A stretch of 64,000 bases of DNA from Paramecium tetraurelia (Eukaryota), in the NCBI GenBank assembly GCA_000165425.1, contig CT868319.1, forward strand, positions 124,001 through 188,000, written 5' to 3'. The number at the start of each line of letters is the position of its first letter. Positions within the stretch are counted from its first letter, which is position 1. The position numbers and the translations under genes are program-made. The notes under the pieces are model-generated. The model did not search any database. It saw only the letters and a program-made list of their open reading frames with translations, and was not told the DNA's origin. Shown here piece after piece: positions 1 through 10,918 of the stretch.

Positions 1-1232
1 CTCATTCATATTCAAAAAGAATAAACTCAAATACACAGTCAATAGATCATACTAAAAAATTACTGATCTACTTGCTCGTTTAGGAGGATTCCTTAAGATT
101 TCTTTCTTCATTTTGGGATTTGTTATTCAAATCTATAATAGATTGTAATGTATACTTGTGACATGATTAATTAGTGTATCTCATTTTAGCGAATAAGATC
201 TATGAATTTTCATTTGATTCTGTCAAAGAGAGAGAATTTCAAGAAAAGTAATTTGAAGCCTTGAACTCTGCCATTCAATCCAAAATGTCTAAGACCAACA
301 TCCAAAACATCAATGAAGAAGGCAGTTAACAAAAATTGCCAATCAGTCGAGTAATGCAGAAAAGCAATTCTATCAAATCAAAATAGAATTCATATTCTCT
401 TCTCCCCTTCTCCAGTTAGCATATACCTGTTTATAGTAATGAAACCAATAAAAAATAAATTATCACTGAGGAGGAATGCATCATTTCAGCAAATCTCATT
501 GATCACCATATCCATTTGGCTAAGAAATTCAACTGTTTAAGTGGTTTGGATTATTTCCAAAAATAAATTAATTAAATAATCAATAGATCTCAACCTTTAA
601 ACTTAACAATTAGGATCTTCTTGAATCATTTATGTTGCTCAAAATTATTTAATTCAAACATAAATGTAAAATTATATAGAAAATCTATGAAAGAAATTTC
701 TAATCATCTTGATGTCTATTATATTCTATAGAAATTAGAAGAATTAAATAAACTTAAGACTATTTTACTTAGTCCTTAATAACTCTTAGTATTTAATTTT
801 ACTCCCAAATAAATGATTGCTCCTGATAAAACTGAATTAAAATTCAACAGAAATTTCTTAGAGGAAAAAGCCAGAATCAGACATACTACTCTTTTTAGTG
901 AACCCCAAAATTCTATTACTGCTGCAGTTCTTCAACACAAAAAGAGACCCAGTCAAGAAAATGAGAATCTAATTTACTAACGGATTTATAATGCATATGA
1001 TGATATTTTGAAATAATATGAAGGCGAAAGCCCCAAATAGGATCAAGATATTAATAAATAGTTAATTGAAAAATTGGGTGCAGAACTCAAATCAATCTTT
1101 AGAGCATCCAAAATGATAGACTTCCAGTAACTTCAATCCTCAAAACAACCGAGAAAAGTTAATAGAAGACATGCATAAATTGATAACGAAATTCAAGTAA
1201 CTAAAATGATGTAGTAGTTTTATTAATAATGA
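1..1232 (+). CDS. Two-TM Cys-rich-ectodomain ciliate family member #1 (3' part only; DEG/ENaC-like architecture inferred)
   Basis: Code-6 reading ...RSYQKITDLLARLGGFLKISFFILGFVIQIYNR, 25-nt intron 150-174, then LANKIYEF and the family C-terminal motif LDVYYILQKLEELNKLKTILLSPQQLLVFNFTPK; TGA at 1230-1232. Confidence 0.85.
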
Positions 1233-1635
1233 TAATTTTTGAGTCTTTCTATAAATAAATTATTTACCTTAATACTTAAGAGTTAGATTTAAATAAATCT
1301 TTAAAATTGATAACAATTTAATTTAAACTTTTCTAATTGACTTTCTTAAAATTTAATAGTGGAGAGTATCCAAAGAATCTAAATCATTTTTCTGAAGAAT
1401 AGAGTGATATTCAAAATAGAAATCTTTAATTTATTTGGTTTTAATTTTTCATAATATGAAATTTAACTCTCTTTTAGACAGTCCCTTCCAAATTTTATTG
1501 AAAAAAAGAAATATAAATTCTATTCCACTACTCCACCCCACCAAGCAATTTTCATTTATATAACAAATACTAAACTTTTCTCTATTAAATTATCGAATTT
1601 TTTGAGCTTCTTAAATATTTTCAATTGTTCACTTA

Positions 1636-2160
1636 ATGTATCCCCTCTGCTTTTCAATAATTAGTCATTTTTATAGTAATACACTATAAAATTATTAAAT
1701 AAAAGACTTTTATAGGAGAGAAAAAAGAAGTTTAACCAATATACTCTAAAAAAGAGCATTTAAAAAAACTACAGATTACTATGATCTGAACATTTCTTCA
1801 TAAATACCTTAACTTCATTTATAATTCAGATTTGATGTATTCAATTTCAAATATTCATCTATCTATACTGTTAAAAACTAAAAATAAAATGAAAATCTAA
1901 TTTTTGCACATCCGGCTTCAAAAGATGTTCTAATATTATTATTGACATATCTGAGATATGAGGAGGACAATAATGTAGTTACAACATAATTACAGACAAT
2001 CCAAACGCTAATTAAATAACTCTTAACATAAGATTACAGATATCAACTTTAACATCTACTGCTTTTAAAGATGAGCCAGGAACTTTTTGATAATAAAACC
2101 TATTTCAATATCAACTAAATGATCTTGAGCGACTAAAAGGGAATTTAAGTTAATATATGA
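1636..2160 (+). CDS. Hypothetical protein or decayed gene
   Basis: TGA-free code-6 frame of about 175 codons with protein-like composition; no motif recognised; flanked by in-frame TGAs at 1603 and 2158. Confidence 0.3.
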
Positions 2161-2355
2161 TATACTATAATTGGTCCATTCAGACAACAATAACTAAAAA
2201 ATATACTAATTGAAGCAAGGTAATCATGCTAATAATAGATTCAGCAATGTGGCATTTTTAACTATGCAATTTTTGGTCAAGAACGTTTGCTTTCTGTCAT
2301 GATATAACATTAGACAAATAAGGGGCTCCAGATTAATGTTCTAACATTAAAATTA

Positions 2356-3459
2356 ATGGGCAATAACTGTACCTGTTGGAAATACGACTTGCAAAGTCAA
2401 ATAGAACAAGAAAAAAGATCGAAACCGAAATGGTAGAGCTTAGAGTTCTTGAAGTCGTAGGAGCATAAAATAGTTAAAATGCAGTCTTGGATTCGTGGGT
2501 GGTAAGCGCGTTAACGAGTTTGGAAGATTCAATTGCAGAAATACAACGACAGCGTCAATGAATAGTTGAGAACGTAGCCTCACTTTTAACAGTAGATATT
2601 CCGTCAGCGTGATCAATGTGGGATCAAAACAACTACCTCCATTTGATTTTGGAATTGACGATATTAATGATTCTCTAGTTCATTAAAAAGTACTCAAAGC
2701 ACCAATGAAATTAGAAAACGGGGCCACCTATTTTGGGGAATGGATCAATGAGTTAAGACATGGCAAAGGAATCCTGATCTGTGATGTAAATTCCATTTAA
2801 TTATAATAGGATGGTTCAAAATATGAAGGCTATTTTTACCAAGGAAATGCCCATGGGAGAGGCAGGTTAATACATTCCAATGGGGAAATATATGAGGGAC
2901 TATGGGAAAATGATGAGGCACATGGTTTAGGAACATACATTCACGAAGACGGAGCAACTTATGTAGGATAGTGGGAACACGATTTATAACAAGGAAAGGG
3001 AAGTGAGAAATGGCCAGATGGAAGGTTAGGTTCACTTTTAACTTTAGTTATTTTGAGGGAGCTTATAAGCAAGGGAAAAAGGAGGGATTGGGAAAGTTTG
3101 TTTGGGCAGACGGAGCAATCTACGATGGAGAATTCAGAAGCAATAATATAGATGGGTATGGAAAATACTCTTGGCCAGATGGAAAGTAATATATTGGTTA
3201 TTGGTAAAATAACAAAAAGTAATTTAAATAGTAAATTAATAGAAATGGCAAAGGGAAGTACATCTGGCCTGATGGAAAGGTTTATGATGGAGATTTTGTG
3301 TTTGATTAAAAGCATGGTTAGGGAATATTGAGATTCCCAGATGGAAGAGCATATGAAGGAGAATGGTAATAAGATAAACAACATGGAAGAGCCATATTAA
3401 AATTGCCTAATGGCAAAACATCCTTTGGAGAATGGAAGAATGGTATACGTATCAATTGA
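2356..3459 (+). CDS. MORN-repeat protein with N-terminal acylation motif and IQ motif
   Basis: MGNNCTC start; KIVKMQSWIRGWQARQR IQ-like motif; multiple YxGxW/FxxxxxHGxGxxxWPDG repeats; several tiny introns; ends ...WKNGIRIN*. Confidence 0.92.
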
Positions 3460-4863
3460 AATACTTTTAATCATTGGTTAAAAATTATTCCCAAGTTTAT
3501 CTTCTCAATTAAGAAATGTTTGGCCTTGGTGTGCTTGCCATTCTTGATTAAATATTAGATCTATAATCGTCTTCCTTGTATAATTATTAATACACAAGCT
3601 TTTTATTCTTAATAACATCTTCAACAATTTGAAGTGGACTTCGTATATTAAAGGTATTCCTTCTTGCTGATCTCACCCTTTTTACTTAATATGTGAGATC
3701 TCTCTTTCTTACATATTTCATGTCTATGATTAAGTTCTCATCCTGAGATACTTATTTTTATTGTCTATCTGATCTCACTTATTCTTTTTATAGACAAATA
3801 TTTTTCAATTGATCATATAAATGCATTTCATTTGTTGTTTGCAATCTCTAAATCAAACAACTTAATTAAATTTTAAGAGCTACTCCATTCTCAGAGTTGC
3901 AAAATACACTTTATTATCTCTTATCAATACTATTGAAACTCTCAAGGTCACCAAATATCTGCCCTTTTTATAACAAAGCTATTTGAGAAGTCTGCTTTTT
4001 TGGGCTGTAAAATCCGTCATTGCTTTAACAAATCACAAATTCACCACTCTAGACTAAATAAATCTCTTGTTTGCTTAATTGTCCCTAATAATAAACAGCT
4101 TGTCTAAATTGATAATGCGAACTCTAAAAAGCTAAAAACAAGATATCTAATAATTTCGGGGATATCTAGTGTTATTTTAAGCAAGAGTGAAAGTCCTTTA
4201 TTTATTGTCTTAGTTTATTTTCTTATGCCTTTTAAAGGACCTCTTTGTAATCCTTTTTACTAAGAACTGCTAGTATGCATTCGCTATCACAAATTATACT
4301 GGCAGATCTAACATTATCATTCAAAAATGCAAGTTCTCCAAAGCTCTACCCCATGGAAATTTTCTTTATAAAAAATGATCTCTCTTATAAAAACACTGAA
4401 TTTACCTCCTCTTTATTTTTTCTGTCTTACTCAATTCCAATTCTTTATGTTCGACTAATGGGGTCTTCAATATATAGACTGAAACACCTCCGCTTAATAT
4501 AATATAAAAAGATTATGGTTTATCTCCTTACTCGAAAACAACGTCATCCTAAATATAGCCTGATACATACTTCATCAAACATTTCTATACACATTCTCTT
4601 TAAGCACTCTTTAAGCATCAATTCCCCCTACTCATTATAAACTTATTAGAAGAATTCGATGTCTTTAGTAGCGGCTTAAATAATCTATTAATCTAACAAA
4701 AATTCACCTAGATATCTTCTAATTTTCTTTATTCAGGATTTTTCTATAGAATTTCTATGCAGATTGGCATCAGTTACTCTTTTGACAATCCATTAATTAA
4801 TGAAACAATGTCAGATTTTTTTCTTTTATTTTCGATAAATTGTTTATTTGGAGATGTAATCAT
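3452..4863 (-). CDS. Soluble tandem cyclic-nucleotide-binding-domain protein
   Basis: MITSPNKQ start; GQSFGELAFLNDNVRSASIIC is a canonical phosphate-binding cassette; second domain KGQIFGDLE; tiny introns; frame ends ...DQKYFN* at 3452. Confidence 0.85.
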
Positions 4864-5184
4864 AAAATAAAAATAAATATTTTATAATCTTTACACGTTC
4901 AGATCATTCTTAACAGCCCTTTTAAATGCTTAAAACACAACAAATTATATAAAATTTCTCGTCTTGTTTTTTTAATAATTTCACTAATTAAATAAATTTT
5001 CACTTAATTTTAGACAATTATAGAGCTGTTGAAAATTTCTCTATTCAAGACTTTCTTATACTCAGCTTTCATAATAGAAATGATGTGTTAATAAAATGTA
5101 AAATCTCTTGATACAAAATAAAATTGTGATTTTAAATTATATAATCAAATAGTAATTTGCACAAATTCTCTATCTTAAATGTAA

Positions 5185-6917
5185 TCAATCAATAGTTCCT
5201 CTGCCATTAAATGTTTTATGATGTTGTACAATAGATTAAAGCTTTTCATACTTCTCTGAAGGGGCCAATCTCATAAAACCACCCATTTGATTTGGCATTT
5301 CTCCATATCTTCTAATATGCTGTCCATTTAAAATATAATTAAGATCTCTTTGTAATTATAATTTAGAATTGTTTTGAGGTTTATTACTTTGTTCCTCTTA
5401 TATTCGTCTTTCTAAGACTTCGCATAATCTTTATCTATCATATTTTGGAGTATCTAGTAAATCAAAAATGTCGTCAATCAATTATTATTTTATTAATTCG
5501 TCTAATAAATAATCTCTCTCCAATGATGGCGAAGCATTCACTTCCAAAAGCCAACACTTTAGGTTAGTATCAATAATTATATCATAGCCAAATAATTCAA
5601 AACTATTAGGGTTATTTGGTATTTCTATCTAACAAGCCACTAATGATTTGAGTATTATGTCTTAAACCTACTCCCAAATTTGATTCCAATTTATATTTTT
5701 TGCTTCTAATTTCTCCTTTAATTGCTTTAGTGAAATCTTGCAACCTCCTAATTATTATTCTAAATCCTAAATTTATACATGAGTCTTTTAGACTGCAAAA
5801 TTTGTCAAATGGATTAATTAGTTTTTAAGATCATTTATTTCTAAACTAAACTATTAAGTTGTTAGACGAGCAAACCCTTCCTTATATAAATAGACTTCCA
5901 ATGGATTAAATGAAGTAACCAACACATAAATTCTCATATCAAATTTACGTCCATTCAACAATAGAGGATTTTTCAAATATTTTTATAATACCACAGGTTC
6001 AGCATACATTACTTCAGATATGTCATTGAGCACTGTTATTCCTCTTCCTCTGGATTTCCCTGTTGGTTTCATAATCCAAATATTTTATTGACCCTCTGTT
6101 TCAGAATCCTTATAGAACTTTTCCATGAACTAAACATACTCTTTCGGCAATAGATAAGTAGCAGGAATAATGTCAAAAGTTTAATATGCCTTTCCTCCTT
6201 GTCGCTAGCATCTTTCTATATTCTTTTTTAATAAATCTTTTCTTCCAAGATTTTTATTAAATGGAAAATGGTTTACTTTCTAAAAGTAGAACAATTTATT
6301 CAAGTCAATTTATGGTTTAGACCAGGTCCACAATATATTCCAAGAAGTTCGAAGACCAATTCCATGCGGTAATTCACTCCATCCTTGCTTTCTCATAAAT
6401 GATCTAGTAATGATATCTATATTATCAAATTTGTATACCATATACCTCTTCTTTTGTTTTCACTACTCTAAAGTATCGTTCGTCTTTCCCTGATAGTGCA
6501 CCGTCATTTTAAAGTCGTTTATTGAAAACCATTTGTCTTTAAATATACTGTTGCATATCCACACCTGTAGTAGTTGAAAATTAAATCAAACGTTATGGAT
6601 CGTTAATATAGACTAATTCATTTGGATTTATAACTAAGGAACTAGATTTATACTTGCCTAAAAGTGAATCAACATTGTCAACCTTTTCAATATGTTGACT
6701 AAAAACACTATGAATCTCTTTCATAATCTCAAGATGATTATAATGAGATTAATTATTAAAGAATCCACTGAATAAGTTTTAAAATGCAGGAACTATGTCT
6801 GAATAATCTACTAATTTTTTATCATCAATAAATTTAAGCATTCTTTAAATTTATTTTGATTAGATAGTTTTAGTTTTATTATCTTATTATTTTAAGATTT
6901 ATTTTTATTATTGCTAC

Positions 6918-6965
<48 letters not shown>

Positions 6966-9150
6966 TATTATTATTATTGCTACTATTATTATTACTATTA
7001 TTATTATTACTATTATTATTATTATTGCTACTATTATTATTACTACTATTGATGCTATTATTATTACTACTATTATTTATCTTTAAATTCATCTAAGCCC
7101 ATCTATTTACAAAGATTATTTATTTCCTCTAATTTTTCTTGATCAGTTAAGGCTGGCTTTTACTTAATCTCTATCACACCTTTATATTTAGGCTAATCTA
7201 CTCTCCCAATAACCTTACCAACCAATTCTTTAAGAGGTTTGTGCTTAATTGGCACAGAAGCCTCATTATCACTTTCTACTTCAATAAAATCTTCAATTAT
7301 TTCTAAATAATATTAATAATATTACCTTCATCTCCCTTAATTTATTCTACAACCTTATAATTGGATTAGGTGTTAGGAATTTTTTAAATTTATTATTTTT
7401 GAGGCACACTTTTATTTATCTTTTCGTTCTGTTTTAATTTCTAATCTTTTTATTACACTGATTAAACCGGCTTTATAGACTTTTTAACCATTTACTATTA
7501 TTCATGCTTAGTAAATTGTTCCTAAGTTTGAGGGATAACTTATTAATTGTTATTTGAATTTTAATTTTAAATTCTTTTACCATCATCTTTTTATCTTACT
7601 TCATCATCTGACTAAAAGCTATCCTCGTTATAATAATCTTAAGAATCTCCATTATTCTTAATTTAATCCTCTGAATTTGGTTTAAAATTTTATTCAAATA
7701 TTTAGCTATTTTTTTCCTCTAACTTTTTTTTTTAGGCTTCAATTTAATATTATGTCTATTTTTGAGTATTAATAACAGCATCTAAGTCTTCTTAGGTCTT
7801 CTTAGTTTAATGAGATTAAATGCTCGTCCTTTTTTAAGCATTTATTTCTTTATTTTAGGTTAGACTATTTTTGCTTGAATCTGGCAAATTAGTTTGAATT
7901 AAGGTTTAAGTAGTATTATTTTATTCAATCTAAGTAATTTATTATTGTGATTTGTTTTATTGACATTTTATCCTTTCCTAAGATTAATTTTTAGTAATGA
8001 AAGTTATTTTTTATGATTAATCATTATTAGCATCATCTATTATATCTAAGGGATCAGATTTGTGTTATAATTCTTTATATTCTCTTACATCATTATTAGA
8101 ATTTGTATTTTGGCTCACTTGATCTTATTGAATATTAACATTAGTATTATATTATTAATTTTCCAAGAACTCATTCTCTTCTAATAATTTAGATTTATCT
8201 TGATAATCAATTTATTATTTTTTAGCTGATTTTTAAGACACTTAAGAATTATTATTTGTTTATTATTTTACATTGTGGAATTCTTTTATTTATTAGCTTT
8301 CTTTGTACCCTTCCTCATTCTAACTTATATTTTTATTTTCAATCGCACTTTTAAAGATATCGGGGGTTTATGAATGTAAATTTGATGCTTCAAGCCTCTA
8401 TTATGTTGATTATTTAGGGATGTTCTTTTGAAGATTGATTTCAGGTAAATGATCTTAGGAGGATTTATTATTTTCTAATTTGGTTTTCTTCTTTTTCTTC
8501 TTCCTTAATAATTTCTCTTGTTTAATTTTTTCAACAGTAGATAACTATGGTTTTGGAGGTGGAGGTACATACCTATGGTTGATAGCTGCTCCGATAATAA
8601 ATTATTGATTTGTAACTTCTGTCTTTTTTAGCACTTCCTTCATCATTTCCAACATTTGATTGGGCTTCTTGGCTTATAATCGAGTGTTAGCATTGCTGCT
8701 TCTGGTTACAGTGCTTAAAGACATAGCATCAGATTAGCAGGATTTCTATTGTGAAACTTTCTAACAACTCTATTAATATAACTATTTAGATTGCTACGGT
8801 TGCTGTTCTTATTTTGATTATTCATATCTTGGAAGTGGTGGTTTAGAATACTATTAATCCAAATAATTTGCAGGTCTCGATTTAATATCGTTTAATATAG
8901 ATTAAAGCGCATTGTTCTGATAGATAGGTTATTAAATAAAGTCCTGAAATTAAATGTTAGATGCAAAGTTTTGAATAGTCAATCTTTCTTTAAGTTCTAC
9001 ATCTATCAAATCGAGTATTTTTTTTGCCTTTTTATTCCACTAGACATCATCTGTGTTTTGTGACCTAATATTAGTCTATATCTCTTCCAATTTCTCTACA
9101 TCCAAATCATATATCTCTTCATATCGTATTAATGATGGAAGTTATTGCAT
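5185..9150 (-). CDS. Tubulin-tyrosine-ligase-like protein (probable polyglutamylase) with a long Q-rich N-terminus
   Basis: TTL motifs [66 protein letters not shown] and [11 protein letters not shown]. Subfamily not firmly assigned. Confidence 0.9.
6905..7075 (-). repeat. (TAA/TAG/CAA)n trinucleotide tract encoding poly-glutamine (56 Q + 1 H)
   Basis: In the TTLL reading frame (…LDEFKDK then QQQ…); the poly-N and poly-L ORFs in the supplied track are alternative frames. Confidence 0.9.
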
Positions 9151-9548
9151 TAATTAAATTTATAATAAATTTATTTTAAACAAAATGCTTCAAATGTCTT
9201 GTAAATAATTAACCTAATCTGAGAATTAATAAGAGTAAATATATAGATTTATATGATAATGCTATTTTTTAACAGTATCTATTTAAATATATGGTTTGAA
9301 ATGTATAATTACATTAAAAAAAATGAGTATTCATATTAAATTACAAAGGTTCTATTTGATCCTTAGAAATTTAATTCTGTTTATTTATAGATGATTTAGA
9401 ACAAAAAGTGATGGAAATTTGATGTTTAATGTGAGTTTTTATTAAGAAAACAATATGTGTAATTGATTTCAAATTAAAGTTCATGAATAAGAATATTTAT
9501 AAAATACTCAGTTATCAAATATGAAAACGGATTAATAAAAATATTATA

Positions 9549-10762
9549 ATGAAAAAGCTTAGTCTTTTATTATTGGCACTCATTTTTGTCAATGCCATTG
9601 ATCCTAGCATGGTTTAATTAGGGGCATAAAAGTTAGATGAATTGAATTCAAGCAATTTGGGCAAAATGATTTTAGAATTGGCATAAACTCATGCAGAAAT
9701 GAGAGGACCCTTGGGTAATGTTCATTAATTGTATTAGGAAATTAGACGATTTAGTGACAGCAATCGGTGATTTGGAAAATGAATTAACTGCTGAATTACA
9801 ATAATTAGATGATGATTACACCAGATCAACCAATTAACATGCTGCTACACAAGAGAACTTAGATATTCAAATCGGACAAACAGAAATTAATATCTTTAAT
9901 CAAAAAGACTTTATTGATGCAATTCTTATACCAAGCATTGATCAAACAAATTAAAAGATTGATAGATTGAATGGATACATAAATGACAATAGAGATAATT
10001 TATCAAAAGAAACGTTAAGTAGATAAAAACAACATCAACAATTTTTAGATAGAGGTAAAAATACATCCTAATCTTCAAAGTAAGTGAACATCAAAGTGCC
10101 ATAAGCGCAGTTGATGAGGCTATTTAATTGATTAATGCTCTCATAAATGGAAACATTTCATTTGCTGAAAAGGGAACCATTAATCAAGCTATCGAAAGAA
10201 TCAATACTAAAACACAAAAGACCAATACAGTTCATCCTATAGTTGAGGCACTCATGTCATTAACTTAAAACTTTTCAGATTAAGAATAAGCTAAAAAAAT
10301 CAGAGACTTATTGTCAGATACAAGAAACCAATTGGTAGCAAGCTTAAACTAAGAAACTGCAGATGAAAATTAGATTGAGTAGACTTGGGTTGAAAGATAA
10401 AAAACCTTAAATACAGAATATTAAGAATTCAAAAGATCTGTATTGGAAGCTACTTATGTTTTAGCCACTTATTAGAGTAATCAATTATTTAATCTAGGTA
10501 AATTAAAATCAACAAGAGAAGCATTGGCTGAGAATGAGAACGATCTCTAAAGTTACAAAGATTCTTTATGTAAATAATATTGAGATAATTTTACTTAGAA
10601 TAAGACAAAGATGCTTAAGCTTAAGAAACCCAAATATACAATGAATTAAAGAGCCAATACTAAATACAATTGCAAACAACTAGAAATGCCAAGGAATTTG
10701 TTAATTCTGCTGAGTTCAGTAATGTTATAAGACAAAAGTTAAACTAAGGTGGATTAATCTGA
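9549..10762 (+). CDS. Trichocyst matrix protein / granule-lattice family precursor
   Basis: Signal peptide MKKLSLLLLALIFVNA, propeptide-like region (…LGKMILELAQTHAEMRGPL), acidic coiled-coil body with a basic linker, about 370 aa, four tiny introns. Confidence 0.8.
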
Positions 10763-10918
10763 TATAAATATGCATTTAATATCATTATTTTAATATTAAA
10801 CAAGGATATATTCCTAAATAAGTTATTTTTAATGCTAAAAGTTATATACTGTTTTTTAACTTTCTGTAGTTATCTTTAATTATAATTATATATTAAAATA
10901 ATTAAATATAATTATGAT

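Noticed and set aside
2745..3384. Two minus-strand ORFs (96 and 141 aa)
   Set aside because: Antisense shadows of the MORN-repeat gene.
6892..7096. Poly-Asn (-) and poly-Leu (+) ORFs in the supplied track
   Set aside because: They are alternative frames of the polyQ tract inside the TTLL gene.
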